Part shown: positions 21,918 through 32,491 of the stretch, piece after piece | How the letters are laid out: every line of letters starts with the position of its first letter | Position numbering within the stretch: position 1 is the first letter of the stretch | DNA from: an uncultured Bacteriovoracaceae bacterium | GTDB taxonomy: Bacteria; Bdellovibrionota; Bacteriovoracia; Bacteriovoracales; Bacteriovoracaceae | DNA length: 64,000 bases | Assembly (NCBI GenBank): GCA_964012805.1 | Contig: CAXGUD010000001.1 | Coordinates: 96,001-160,000 of the forward strand | Reading direction: 5' to 3' | The notes under the pieces: generated by a model | Database searches by the model: none | The model's input: the letters and a program-made list of their open reading frames with translations, nothing else | Told to the model about the DNA's origin: nothing | Translations under genes and position numbers: made by a program

Positions 21918-22778
21918 TCACTGGCCCTCTGAGCCGCCTTCTTGATCACCATCTTCATCTTCCTCTACATCTTTCAACTCCCTCTTAGTAGTTGTAATAG
22001 ATCGGATTTCTGTTCGGTCATCTTCGGTAAGGCCTTGGAAGCTAACTTCGACTGCATGAAGGTCAGGTCCAAGCTTTTCAGAAAAAATAACGCTTCCCTT
22101 CATAGTGACCGGCACCTTAAACAAAGAGTTCAATTTATGCGAATCAAGAGTTATCTCAGTCCCATCGGGAATAAAAAAAGACGCTTCAAGCTTTGAGTGA
22201 ACCTCTGATAACTCAATCATTTTACTCGGCTTTTCTTTGGCAAACTCTGCTATGGTGATTTGTAAATCACAAGGCATAACTGCGAACATCTGTGCATTGT
22301 CCTGTCCCATAAGGCGGTCAATCTTTTGTAATAAGATACTTTCATCAATAGGCTTTGTAATATAATCGTGAGCACCTGCTTGTATTGCTAAATTAATCTG
22401 CTTTGGGTCAGTCTTAGCAGTACAGAAACAAATTTTAAGAGCAATATTTGGAGATGGCCCTTCATCTTCTTCAATCCCTTCGCTCCCTTTCTTTTCCTCT
22501 CCATTACCACCTTCCTCGCTAGCAGCAATTTTTTTCTCTATTTTATCCAAAAGAAATTTCATAACCTGTACACCATTCATAACAGGCATCATCACATCGA
22601 GGATTATGAGCTTTAAATCAGGGTGTTGATCAACCATTTCGAGGGCCTGCATTCCATCACTAGCCAAAACCACTTCATATTCAGCTTTTCTTAGCTTAAG
22701 AGAGAGCAGCATCCTTATATCTTCACTATCATCAACAACAAGAATTTTACCTTTCGATTTTTTCTCATCTTCTGCCAT
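21918..22778 (-). CDS. Response regulator with acidic insertion and a C-terminal PilZ-like barrel
   Basis: VVDDS, LDVMMP, CTAK, YITKP; beta-rich C-terminus ending VEVSFQGLTEDDRTEI. Confidence 0.8.
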   Translation of the reverse strand: MAEDEKKSKGKILVVDDSEDIRMLLSLKLRKAEYEVVLASDGMQALEMVDQHPDLKLIILDVMMPVMNGVQVMKFLLDKIEKKIAASEEGGNGEEKKGSEGIEEDEGPSPNIALKICFCTAKTDPKQINLAIQAGAHDYITKPIDESILLQKIDRLMGQDNAQMFAVMPCDLQITIAEFAKEKPSKMIELSEVHSKLEASFFIPDGTEITLDSHKLNSLFKVPVTMKGSVIFSEKLGPDLHAVEVSFQGLTEDDRTEIRSITTTKRELKDVEEDEDGDQEGGSEGQ

Positions 22779-23105
22779 TTTTTTTCCCGTTTTTTATATG
22801 TGTTTCCCGATTTTCTCATGAATAAGTGGTTGTATAAATTAAAAATAGTTAGGAAATATTTTTATTGTTATCAGAAAGCATTCTAATAAAAAAATTATAG
22901 TAAAAATAAAAAATCCTAAAATGAACGTTTCCTAAACATATATAAGCTAAAATCAACCTAACTGAATAAGTCGGTCAATCACAATCTATCGAGCATAAAT
23001 TAGGCCTTTAAAGTTGAATATTCTCACTTTTTCCAACACAAGAACCGAAAGAGTCTAACGTAATATAGACCCTAAAGATAAAACTTCAATAGGCGCTTTT
23101 AGGTA

Positions 23106-25328
23106 ATGACGATAATAAAGAAAATAAATGTTGCTCCCGGTATAACTTGGGTTGAAATACCTCAAGCTGAGATATATATCCTCTGTGGCTGTCCAGCGGA
23201 CTCCATTAAACACCTTATAAAAAATGGAATGATCCAAAACATTGAAAAAAATGGCCATTCTTTCCAAAGTGGGCCGAATGTTCTTCTTCTCTCAGATTCA
23301 TCCATTCAAGGAGGACAATTCTCAAACCTTGGAGAGTTTCCAATACTTCAAATGTTGTATAAACAGGGTATGATAATCCCAAATCACATCAACAACAAAG
23401 GTCTTAAGCCCATCCTTATAGGTACAGAGAAGCAAGTTGAGTCCCAATTAGAGTACATTTATAGAGGAAACTATGGTCTCTCATCTTTGGAAGAAATAAT
23501 GTCCACCGGAGTTGAGAAAGAATTTGCTGAAGAGATGATGAAAGTAAAGCTTCATTTTGCTTTTGGAAAAATAGTTTCACCAAAAGAGTTATTAGAAACA
23601 AAAATAATTGAAAATAAAAAAGTCGAAATTAGAAATGGCGTTTTTATAAAAAGAGATAAATATAACGAATATACAATAGAGTATAAAGGTGAAAAGGTCG
23701 AAGTTTCACTAAACCTGAATCCTGGTGAAAAGTATATAACATCCTACCACCTTGGTTTTTATAAAGTTCGAAGAGAATATTTTGCAATTATTCATTCCGG
23801 AGAAGGTGATGGATGGGATATTCACAGACCTTGTATGTCGAGTATAATTGCTTATGACCAAAAACTTTATCTCATTGATGCAGGTCCTAACATCATTGAA
23901 ACACTGAATGCTCTAGGCATAAGCGTTAGTTCAATCCATGGGATTTTTCATACACATTGCCACGATGATCATTTTTCAGGATTAACTGCTCTCCTTCAAG
24001 CTGACCATAAAATTAAATATTACGCGACTTCAACTGTTAGGGCCTCAGTAACAAAAAAGCTTTCTGCTCTTCTAGGTCGGCATGAAGACTTCATGAATAG
24101 ATATTTTGAAATTAATGACTTGAGTATAGATTTGTGGAATAACGTCAACGGAATGCAAGTTAAACCTTTTTATTCTCCCCACCCTGTTGAAACCACAAAC
24201 TTTCAATTTAGAGTTATTTCTGAAAATGGATATAAAACTTATTCACATATGGCAGATATTGCTTCTTTTAGCATCCTTGATGAATTGATTTCTAAAAAAG
24301 AAGGAGATAATGGAGTTCAACCTAAATTAATCAAACAAATTAAAAAAAATTATTTATTTGAATCAAATGTAAAAAAAATTGATATTGGTGGAGGAATGAT
24401 CCACGGAATGGCAAAAGACTTTGAAGAAGATGGTTCAAAAAAAATTATCCTCTCCCATATCAATAGAGACTTAAGTCATGAAGAAAAAGAAATCGGAGAA
24501 AGAGCATCATTTGGAATGATCGATGTTTTAATTCCTTCGAACTCAAACCCTATGTTCTCTTACGCCGAAAGATATTTAAAAAATTACTTTCCTGAGGATC
24601 TTTTCGATGACCTTAGAGATATTATCAATTGCCCCATAGTTACATTTAACGCAGGATCTATTCTCCTTAAACAAGGTGAAAAGAGTAATTATCTCTACCT
24701 GACACTTACGGGCACTGTAGAAATGATTTACTCCAAAAAAGGCATTCATAAAGCTGTTTCTGCAGGCTCTCTCATTGGTGAAATGGCTGCGCTTTTAGAT
24801 GAACCAAGGAAAAAAACCTACGTAGCTCTAGGTCATGTATGGGCCCTTAAAATTCCCGCCATTATTTACCAAAACTTTATAAAAAAACATAAGTTATTGG
24901 CCCATATACTAAAAAGAAGAACTAATAAGAATATTCTTCAAAGCTTACCAATCTTTGAAAATATGGCTTCCTCATTTATCCTTAACAATTTAAGCCAAGT
25001 CCTTTCAAGAAGACAAATTCATAAAAGCAATAATGTTCCTATTGGAGGAACACCCGAGCTTATAGTTATCATTTCAGGAAGCTTTGCTCTCTTATCTCCA
25101 AAAGGGGAAATCATTGAGAACCTTGAGCAAAGCTCCGTATGTAGAGAGGAAACCATCCTGTTTCCAAAACTCCCTATTTCTACCATAGCGGCCCTCACAG
25201 AAGGTGAATACGGAGTTCTACCTGGATTTCATATAAATGAAATCCCTTCTGTTATTTGGAAGCTTTTTGAAATTTACGAATTCAGGCAAAGTCAAATTAA
25301 AGTCAAAAAGAAAAAGAAAAGTGCATAA
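23106..25328 (+). CDS. MBL-fold metallohydrolase with tandem cNMP-binding domains
   Basis: LIDAGP, HTHCHDDH, PHPVET, ILSH; C-terminal QGEKS..GSLIGEMAALLDEPR cNMP cassette and a second degenerate copy. Confidence 0.85.
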   Translation: MTIIKKINVAPGITWVEIPQAEIYILCGCPADSIKHLIKNGMIQNIEKNGHSFQSGPNVLLLSDSSIQGGQFSNLGEFPILQMLYKQGMIIPNHINNKGLKPILIGTEKQVESQLEYIYRGNYGLSSLEEIMSTGVEKEFAEEMMKVKLHFAFGKIVSPKELLETKIIENKKVEIRNGVFIKRDKYNEYTIEYKGEKVEVSLNLNPGEKYITSYHLGFYKVRREYFAIIHSGEGDGWDIHRPCMSSIIAYDQKLYLIDAGPNIIETLNALGISVSSIHGIFHTHCHDDHFSGLTALLQADHKIKYYATSTVRASVTKKLSALLGRHEDFMNRYFEINDLSIDLWNNVNGMQVKPFYSPHPVETTNFQFRVISENGYKTYSHMADIASFSILDELISKKEGDNGVQPKLIKQIKKNYLFESNVKKIDIGGGMIHGMAKDFEEDGSKKIILSHINRDLSHEEKEIGERASFGMIDVLIPSNSNPMFSYAERYLKNYFPEDLFDDLRDIINCPIVTFNAGSILLKQGEKSNYLYLTLTGTVEMIYSKKGIHKAVSAGSLIGEMAALLDEPRKKTYVALGHVWALKIPAIIYQNFIKKHKLLAHILKRRTNKNILQSLPIFENMASSFILNNLSQVLSRRQIHKSNNVPIGGTPELIVIISGSFALLSPKGEIIENLEQSSVCREETILFPKLPISTIAALTEGEYGVLPGFHINEIPSVIWKLFEIYEFRQSQIKVKKKKKSA

Positions 25329-25339
25329 TCTTGAAAAAT

Positions 25340-26323
25340 CTAAAATTCCTCAGATTCTTTAAGTCTCTTTAGAGGATTGTCTTTTAAATCTACTACACGC
25401 AAACCATATTGATTTATAAAAAAATCCGAGTACTTACCATATTTTAAAACTACCTTTTTTAATTTATTCCTATTTATAGGACAACTTATTATTCTTTGAT
25501 GAGGAACTTGAAGTTCCTGTAGCCTTTTTTTAATTTTTTTGACCATATTTTTAGATTTAAACTGACTACAATTTATGGCCTCATCCATAGAATCATCTAA
25601 ATAATTTGACCAATCCATCTCTTTAACTAAAGTCCATTTTTTATTAATGCATTTAACATAAGGACCCAAGTTTTTTTCTGATCCTAATACATCATCCTTT
25701 TTTTGAAGGACATGATTCCAAAACCGCATCCCGTTAAAGTCTGCAGCTAAATCTGCATAGGATATAACACCTGTCGGGTATCTGCCTAAAAGGCCATATT
25801 CTTCCCTTAAACCGATCATTAGTGTCTTTCTCAAGCTTTTTCCCTTCCCATAATGAGAACTGAAATAACGATAGCCGGAGGAAAAAAAGTGCTCAAACTT
25901 ATCACTCCCCAAGTACACCTCGCCCATTCTTAAATTAGGAGAATGAACTGGCCTAAGTTTAGATAAAAAGCCAAGAACAATAGACTCATTTGGCGTAAAA
26001 TCTCTATATATTGACTTCTTTACAGAAATAAACCTTTTATCTAATGTATCCGTTTCATTAACCCATCTAACAATCTTGCCAAAAAAAGTACTATTGAAAT
26101 ATTGTTTTAAATTAAAATAAAGCTTTTTCTCATTACACTTAAGTAGCCCAATGTTTGCATTTTTTAGCCCTTTCCTAAAAAATTCGTTGGTTTTTTTATT
26201 AAAAATGTTTGTTGAATCCTGAAGCCTTCTATTAAATCGCCCTGTAAAATTATCAACTTCGGCAGACCATGATAAATCACCAATAATAAATAAAACTATA
26301 ATAAATATTTTTTTTATTGACAC
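25340..26323 (-). CDS. Hypothetical secreted protein
   Basis: Long ORF, N-terminal signal peptide, GSDKFEHFF and SYADLAADFNG motifs. Confidence 0.7.
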   Translation of the reverse strand: MSIKKIFIIVLFIIGDLSWSAEVDNFTGRFNRRLQDSTNIFNKKTNEFFRKGLKNANIGLLKCNEKKLYFNLKQYFNSTFFGKIVRWVNETDTLDKRFISVKKSIYRDFTPNESIVLGFLSKLRPVHSPNLRMGEVYLGSDKFEHFFSSGYRYFSSHYGKGKSLRKTLMIGLREEYGLLGRYPTGVISYADLAADFNGMRFWNHVLQKKDDVLGSEKNLGPYVKCINKKWTLVKEMDWSNYLDDSMDEAINCSQFKSKNMVKKIKKRLQELQVPHQRIISCPINRNKLKKVVLKYGKYSDFFINQYGLRVVDLKDNPLKRLKESEEF

Positions 26324-26342
26324 TTCTTGTCCTTAATAAAAT

Positions 26343-28346
26343 CTACCTAAAGATAGGTAAATCTATTGTGATTGTTACCCCTTTTCCTTCCTTACTTTCT
26401 GCTATTATATTTCCGCCAATTTTTTGAACCTCCATTTTTACGACATCCATTCCAACACCTCGGCCACTTACCTTTGTGGTCGTCTCTTTAGAAGAAAAGC
26501 CAGGTTGAAAAATATAGTTTCCAATCTGATAGTCACTTAAATTTAAAGAGTCTTCTTCGGATACAAAACCTTTTTTTACTGCAACTTTCCTTATTTTCTC
26601 TAGTTCCAACCCTCTCCCATCATCCTTAATAGTAATTCTAAAACGTCCCCCGCTATGTGTTTCCAAGAAGCTTACATTAACGTTTGCCAATTTTTCTTTA
26701 CCTTTTAAGAACCTATCTTGGGGGGTCTCTATACCGTGGTCAACGGCATTACGAAAAATATGAATGAAAGAAGAGAACACCTCATTGTATTTTTCTGGGT
26801 TAATTAAAATATTGGTCTTCCCTATTTCTAACTTGGCTTTTTTATCCTGTGTTGTAGCAAGTTCATTGAAAGGCTCTTCAAAAACGTTAAAGAAATCAGC
26901 AACGTTCTTAAGAACAAAACGCTTATGAAATGTGTTGACAAAAGAAACGACTTCCTTCTTTAATTCAACAGTTTCTTTAAAGTCTTCTGTAACTTGAATA
27001 TTAGAATTAACTAATTCAATTATTTTCCTATTCTCCTTTAAAAAAAATCGAACCTCTCGATTAATATTCTCCAAAAGAAATGTTAATTCCCTGGTTTCTT
27101 TTCTAATTTTTTTTCCCTTTTCCTTTTCTCTATTTAGATTTGTTTCTAATTCATGTATTTGCTTAACAACCTCATCAATCTTATAAATGGCAAACCTTGC
27201 CTTTAGTGTATGGAAGTCACGGTACATATCCTCAATTTCCATTCCTTCTAGAGATACATCTATGTAATTGGCAAGCTTATCTTCTGCATCAGTAATCAAA
27301 TCTAAAAATGCCATGGGCTTATCAATGATTTTTAAGATAGAAAAAAGCTTGGATTTTTCCTTTAAAGCCTTTTTCTTAAGAAAAACTTTTCCCTTAATGT
27401 CAGTAGCTATACAAATAATTTTATCTATTACTTTTTTTTCATTATTTTTGTACAAAGGCCTAAAATCTAAAGAAACCATACTCCCTTCAATTTTTGAAAA
27501 AGTTTTCGGCGCGAGGTCTAGAATATCATTGAATGAAATCTTCGCTCTATAAACATGATCCATCCATCGTTCAAAATTTTTGTTTTCATTTTCATCAAAC
27601 TTCAATACTTCACTAATTTTTTTTCCTTTTGGGTTCATACCAAATATTTTTTCGGTTACCGTAGTTATTTCGCCACAAACAATACTTTTTTGGTTAATAA
27701 TTAAAAAGCCATGATCAACATTAGATAAAATAACCTTTAAATCTTTATTTTGAATTTGGACTTCATTTGTCATAGTCTTTACAAGTTCTTGAAGTCTGTT
27801 AGTCATATCTTCTGAATTTTTTATCTTTTCTTTAAGGTCGCCTTTTATTTTGTTTAAATAAAAATTTAAAAATGGAAAAGTAAATAAAACGGACAAAATT
27901 ATTAAGATTGAAGCCTTATCGATTTTACCTTGCTCCCCTCCCTGAAACAATAGTATCCCTCCCCCAAAAACAAGAAGATAAATACTAAATAAGTTGTAAT
28001 CTCTTGTTTTTAAAAAAGTCGTTCCTACCAGCAAGATGATAGAATAGACCATTGTAAATATAGAAATTTTCATCTCTGCAGTTGCACCTAAAATAGGTAT
28101 GAGTACTGAATAAGTAGAAATTACAAAATAGAGAAGTATTACCTTATAAGAGATTGATGGCCTAAATTGAATTAAGGTTATAAAGCCGCTTAAAATACAA
28201 AGGGGTACAATAAACCAAAAATAGCTTAATGCCTTAAACTTTAAAACTTCACTTGCTATAAGGTTAATAAAAATTGCGAAAAGAAAAGCAGCCATTGTCA
28301 ATGCAATTGGCCACACCTTCTTATTTTTTGCTTTCAGGTCGTCCAT
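26343..28346 (-). CDS. Membrane-anchored CheA-like kinase (TMs-PAS-like-Hpt-HATPase, no CheW domain)
   Basis: About five TM segments; FHTLKA Hpt; HIFRNAVDHGIE, DDGRG, GFSSK, SGRGVGMD. Confidence 0.88.
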   Translation of the reverse strand: MDDLKAKNKKVWPIALTMAAFLFAIFINLIASEVLKFKALSYFWFIVPLCILSGFITLIQFRPSISYKVILLYFVISTYSVLIPILGATAEMKISIFTMVYSIILLVGTTFLKTRDYNLFSIYLLVFGGGILLFQGGEQGKIDKASILIILSVLFTFPFLNFYLNKIKGDLKEKIKNSEDMTNRLQELVKTMTNEVQIQNKDLKVILSNVDHGFLIINQKSIVCGEITTVTEKIFGMNPKGKKISEVLKFDENENKNFERWMDHVYRAKISFNDILDLAPKTFSKIEGSMVSLDFRPLYKNNEKKVIDKIICIATDIKGKVFLKKKALKEKSKLFSILKIIDKPMAFLDLITDAEDKLANYIDVSLEGMEIEDMYRDFHTLKARFAIYKIDEVVKQIHELETNLNREKEKGKKIRKETRELTFLLENINREVRFFLKENRKIIELVNSNIQVTEDFKETVELKKEVVSFVNTFHKRFVLKNVADFFNVFEEPFNELATTQDKKAKLEIGKTNILINPEKYNEVFSSFIHIFRNAVDHGIETPQDRFLKGKEKLANVNVSFLETHSGGRFRITIKDDGRGLELEKIRKVAVKKGFVSEEDSLNLSDYQIGNYIFQPGFSSKETTTKVSGRGVGMDVVKMEVQKIGGNIIAESKEGKGVTITIDLPIFR

Positions 28347-28601
28347 AAACTAAATCTACTGTAAACCGCTTTTATACATCAAAATACCGTTCACATATTT
28401 TACAGGAATATCAGACAGAAACCTTAAATTTTAGAGGCTAAACTAGAAATAAAGGATTAGATTAAACTTTTATTCAATGAATATTTTTAATGACCTTTCC
28501 CATTAAATATTATTTTCCAAAATAGAATTCATTTTTAATATAATTTTTGTTTTAAATATTTTTTTGTCTTAATCATCTTTTGGTAAAAGGTGGTTAAGGT
28601 A

Positions 28602-29489
28602 TCATCTATTTTTTTCAAAAAAGTTAGGACCAATGATACCTAAAACCACCAAACTAAGTCCTATAACTGAAGTTAATTGAATTCCCTCTCCCGCAATCAT
28701 TGAAATGAAAATGAGAGAAATAAAAGGAGTTATAAATATTAATCTACCAACTTGAGAAGTATTAAAACTAAACTTTAAAGCTTTAAGCCAGAGAATAAAA
28801 GTGAGCCCCATTTCAAAAGTGCCAATATAAAGAGTTCCTATTAAGCCTTTTAGATCGAAGGTAAAAGGTAAATTATTTACCTTTACAGCAATCCCTGCAT
28901 ACAATGCACCCCAGAAAAAATTCTGACAAAGCTTAACCCTATCATTCCTAGAGTCTTTCATATTAAGAATCCAATAAAGGGCCCAAACAAATGAACTTAT
29001 TAAAGCTAGAATAATCCCAAAAAACTCTTTAGGATTTAAAGCCCAAGGCGAGTTCCAAACATTGGCAATAATTAAAACCCCTAAAAAGCTAATGAACATT
29101 CCAAATAGTACTAAACGGGATGGCCTTTGTTTTAATAGAGGAATAGATAATAATGTCAAGGCAAGAGGCCAAGTATAATTTAGGGCCATGGCCTTTTGGG
29201 CCGATAAAAGAGAATAAGCTTTAAAAAGAATAAAGTAATAGAGAAAAGGATTTAAAAATCCTAAAAGGGCAGAGAAAAAGAAGGCCTTCATATCAAACTT
29301 CTTTTCAAAAACATTACCGTTGATAAAAAGAAGAGAAAAACCAAATATAAAAAAAGATACGACTGCTGTATAAAATAAAAGAGGAATATAATTTAAAGAG
29401 CGGAGAGTTATCTTAAAAGCTGAAGCAGAAGTCGACCAAAAGATAATAGAAGAAAAAGCGCAGAGGTAAGCCATCTTTTCTTTTTTCAC
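28602..29489 (-). CDS. DMT/EamA family transporter
   Basis: Ten hydrophobic segments; ALNYTWP; two-repeat organisation. Confidence 0.88.
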   Translation of the reverse strand: MKKEKMAYLCAFSSIIFWSTSASAFKITLRSLNYIPLLFYTAVVSFFIFGFSLLFINGNVFEKKFDMKAFFFSALLGFLNPFLYYFILFKAYSLLSAQKAMALNYTWPLALTLLSIPLLKQRPSRLVLFGMFISFLGVLIIANVWNSPWALNPKEFFGIILALISSFVWALYWILNMKDSRNDRVKLCQNFFWGALYAGIAVKVNNLPFTFDLKGLIGTLYIGTFEMGLTFILWLKALKFSFNTSQVGRLIFITPFISLIFISMIAGEGIQLTSVIGLSLVVLGIIGPNFFEKNR

Positions 29490-29522
29490 AAGCTTTTCCC
29501 CATAATTTCTAATATATAACCC

Positions 29523-30581
29523 TTAAAACTTTCCCTTCTTTGGAATGCCGCTACCCTTTACAAACGCAAACATGGCATTTTTGTAATTTCTATACTGACT
29601 TTCGGCCAATTCTGGAAAGTCCTTTTTAGCCATGCTCTGATCGTACTTACATTTGGAGTATGTGTAGGGCAACAATTCTTTAGGAAGCCCAACCTTATCC
29701 ATAATGAGATTATTGGCCTTAGTTTTTGGTAACGGAACGACATTAACTGAAAACCCAAACTCATCGAAGGAGTCTTGAACAAATTGACCCACAGTTGGAC
29801 ATCCCTTACTCACAACGTGGTAACAACGAAGATCTAAAGACTTGCTGGGGTTTAAAACCCCTTCAGAGACAAATTTTGCTGCGTGGTCAACAGGTATCAT
29901 TGGAATAATGGAAGACTTCTCAAAAGGAACGGGTAAGTATTTTAAAGTATTTAAAAGCAGTTTCTTTCTCTGAAGTTTATTTAGCAGACCAAAAAAATAG
30001 TAAGGGCCATCTTTTTGGGGAGTCATTCCCTGCATAGAGTCACCCACCAAAACACCTAAACGGTAAATTCTTTTGGCCACTGTAGGACAAACCCAATCTC
30101 TAACACAAAGTTCCGCATCAAACCTAGTTTGCGCATAGTTGTTAGAAAACTTCTGACCTATATCAAGAACATCTTCCTTTAGTTCTCCCTTAAAGTCTCC
30201 ACTCACTGCAATTGAGCTGATGTAATGGAAAAACCTTAGTTTTTTCATTTGCCTTGCTAGCTGAATAATATTCCTTGTCCCACCAACATTTTTATTGAAA
30301 CACTTTTCGTAATTTCCCTTTAAGTTTGAGTAACAAGCGGCATGAATAATTGATGTTGTCTCAGAAAAAAGTTTTTTATGGTTTCTATCGCTTTCAACCA
30401 CTTTTGGATTCAAAATATCGCCCAAAATTAAGTGAACTTTGGGGTTATTTTTATAAATACTTTCCGCTTTTTGATAACTTTCCTTTCTAACAAGAAGAAA
30501 AATATCGCGGTTACTTGGGAGCAGGTTTGCAACAAGATATCTACCTAAAAAACCCGTTCCCCCTGTAATCAGTAAAGCCAA
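29523..30581 (-). CDS. Extended SDR (NAD_binding_4 / thioester-reductase-like)
   Basis: ITGGTGFLG, IIHAA, NVGGT, YAQTRFDAE (YxxxK has Arg for Lys); TTG start with SD GAGGAG. Confidence 0.82.
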   Translation of the reverse strand: MALLITGGTGFLGRYLVANLLPSNRDIFLLVRKESYQKAESIYKNNPKVHLILGDILNPKVVESDRNHKKLFSETTSIIHAACYSNLKGNYEKCFNKNVGGTRNIIQLARQMKKLRFFHYISSIAVSGDFKGELKEDVLDIGQKFSNNYAQTRFDAELCVRDWVCPTVAKRIYRLGVLVGDSMQGMTPQKDGPYYFFGLLNKLQRKKLLLNTLKYLPVPFEKSSIIPMIPVDHAAKFVSEGVLNPSKSLDLRCYHVVSKGCPTVGQFVQDSFDEFGFSVNVVPLPKTKANNLIMDKVGLPKELLPYTYSKCKYDQSMAKKDFPELAESQYRNYKNAMFAFVKGSGIPKKGKF

Positions 30582-30756
30582 AAAATACTCCTCGAAGGGT
30601 ACCCAACTTTTAATTGAATCAATCCACCTCGGAAGCATTAAACAATTTTTAATCTCATGTGTCTAGTTATTGATCACCTTGATATTTTTTTATTACGCCA
30701 GTATAAACTTATATGCTTATTTTTTAATTTATAGCGCTTTATATGGAAGTCTTTTT

Positions 30757-31464
30757 ATGAATGATCTTGTAGATAATAATTTTTGGTTTGATTGCTGGCA
30801 AAATAATAAACTTGGCTTTAATCAAGAAACTCCAAATGCCACATTAGTTAAGTTTTTTACAACATTTTCTATACCTGAAAAAAGTCGAGCTTTTGTTCCT
30901 TTGTGTGGAAAAAGCATCGACATGATTTGGCTCCTAAATCAAAAAATTGAAGTCTTAGGCGTAGAGTTGAGCCCCTTGGCCATTCAAGCCTTTTTTGACG
31001 AAAATAAGCTCTCCTACAGTAGAACAAACCTCGGCCCTTTTAAATTATGGGAAGCAAATGACCAACCCATTACGATCCTTGAAGGTGATATTTTTTTATT
31101 AGAACCAGTTTTACTTGAAAAGCTCAAGCCAATAAACAAATGGCCCTTTGACTTTGTTTATGACCGGGCCTCACTTATAGCCCTTCCTCCCAAGTCCAGA
31201 GAAAAATATTATAACCTCTATAAAAGCTTAATGAGTGATAAATCAAAGGCCCTCATCCTAACAATAGAGTATGAAAGTAATAGTTTCGAAGGTCCTCCTT
31301 TTTCGGTCCCTGAAAAAGAAGTTTTCAACTCTCTTGAAAACGTTTTTAAAATTGAAATTTTAGGATATGAAAAAGTTAAGCCCCTTTCTACTAGATTTTT
31401 AGAAAGTGGTCTTGAAGAAATTGGCCAAAAAGCCTATAAAGTTGAAAAAAGAGATCGAAGCTAA
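30757..31464 (+). CDS. tpm: Thiopurine S-methyltransferase family
   Basis: FVPLCGKSIDM, GVELS, YDRASLIALP, GPPFSV. Confidence 0.92.
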   Translation: MNDLVDNNFWFDCWQNNKLGFNQETPNATLVKFFTTFSIPEKSRAFVPLCGKSIDMIWLLNQKIEVLGVELSPLAIQAFFDENKLSYSRTNLGPFKLWEANDQPITILEGDIFLLEPVLLEKLKPINKWPFDFVYDRASLIALPPKSREKYYNLYKSLMSDKSKALILTIEYESNSFEGPPFSVPEKEVFNSLENVFKIEILGYEKVKPLSTRFLESGLEEIGQKAYKVEKRDRS

Positions 31465-31506
31465 AAGGTTTTATTAATCACCGGCCCTAAGCCTAAAAAG
31501 TAAAGT

Positions 31507-32478
31507 ATGCTCGAATTAAAAAAGAGAAAAACTATTTTTTTAACACGAAAAATACCAGAAATTGCTTTCAGGCTTCTTCGTGAAGAAGGTCATATTATTG
31601 AACTATGGGATGGAACAAGTCCTCCGACACCCGGAGAGTTAATTCAAAAATGCCAAGAAGCAGATGCTCTTCTTTCAATGCTTAGTGACAGGTTAGATGA
31701 AAATTTCTTTAAAAAATGCTCCCACTTAAAAGTTATCGCGAACTATGCGGTCGGAGTTAACAATATCGATTTAAAGGCGGCTGCCAGATATAATATTCCC
31801 GTTGGAAATACCCCAGATGTCCTTACGGAAGCTACAAGTGACCTTGCTTTAGGGCTCATTTTAACTTTGGCAAGAAACATTTTTCCGGCCATTCAAAATG
31901 CAAAACAAGGTGAGTGGAAAAAGTGGGAACCTCTAGGTTTTTTAGGTATGGAACTCAAAGGAAAAACCCTTGGAATAATAGGCTTGGGAAGAATTGGACA
32001 ATCACTTGCAAAAAAGGCCCAAAATGGTTTTGGTATGAATATTATTTATACATCAAGAACAAAGACCAAAACAATAAACCCCTCTTATAAAAGACACACT
32101 TTACAAGAACTTCTAAAGTCATCTGATATTGTTTCCATCCATACAGACTTAAACCCAAGTACAGAAAACCTCATTGGGCACAAAGAATTTGAAATTATGA
32201 AAAGCCATGCTTACATAATAAATACCGCCCGTGGAGAAATTATCAACCAAAAGGCCCTCGTAGGAGCACTCAAAATGGGACTTATTGGAGGAGCAGGGTT
32301 AGATGTTACAACTCCTGAACCACTTTCTCCAAACGACCCGCTCTTTCAAACTCCCAACACAATAATCACACCGCATATTGGCTCAGCTACAGTAGAGGCA
32401 AGGGACTTAATGGCCACACTTGCGACCAAAAATATTATTGCAGGTCTTAAAGGAGAGCCTCTCCCTAACAGACTCTAA
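31507..32478 (+). CDS. D-glycerate dehydrogenase / glyoxylate reductase (D-2-hydroxyacid dehydrogenase)
   Basis: NTPDVLT, GIIGLGRIG, INTARG, LDVTTPEP, TPHIGSAT. Confidence 0.93.
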   Translation: MLELKKRKTIFLTRKIPEIAFRLLREEGHIIELWDGTSPPTPGELIQKCQEADALLSMLSDRLDENFFKKCSHLKVIANYAVGVNNIDLKAAARYNIPVGNTPDVLTEATSDLALGLILTLARNIFPAIQNAKQGEWKKWEPLGFLGMELKGKTLGIIGLGRIGQSLAKKAQNGFGMNIIYTSRTKTKTINPSYKRHTLQELLKSSDIVSIHTDLNPSTENLIGHKEFEIMKSHAYIINTARGEIINQKALVGALKMGLIGGAGLDVTTPEPLSPNDPLFQTPNTIITPHIGSATVEARDLMATLATKNIIAGLKGEPLPNRL

Positions 32479-32491
32479 TTAAGAAAACTTA

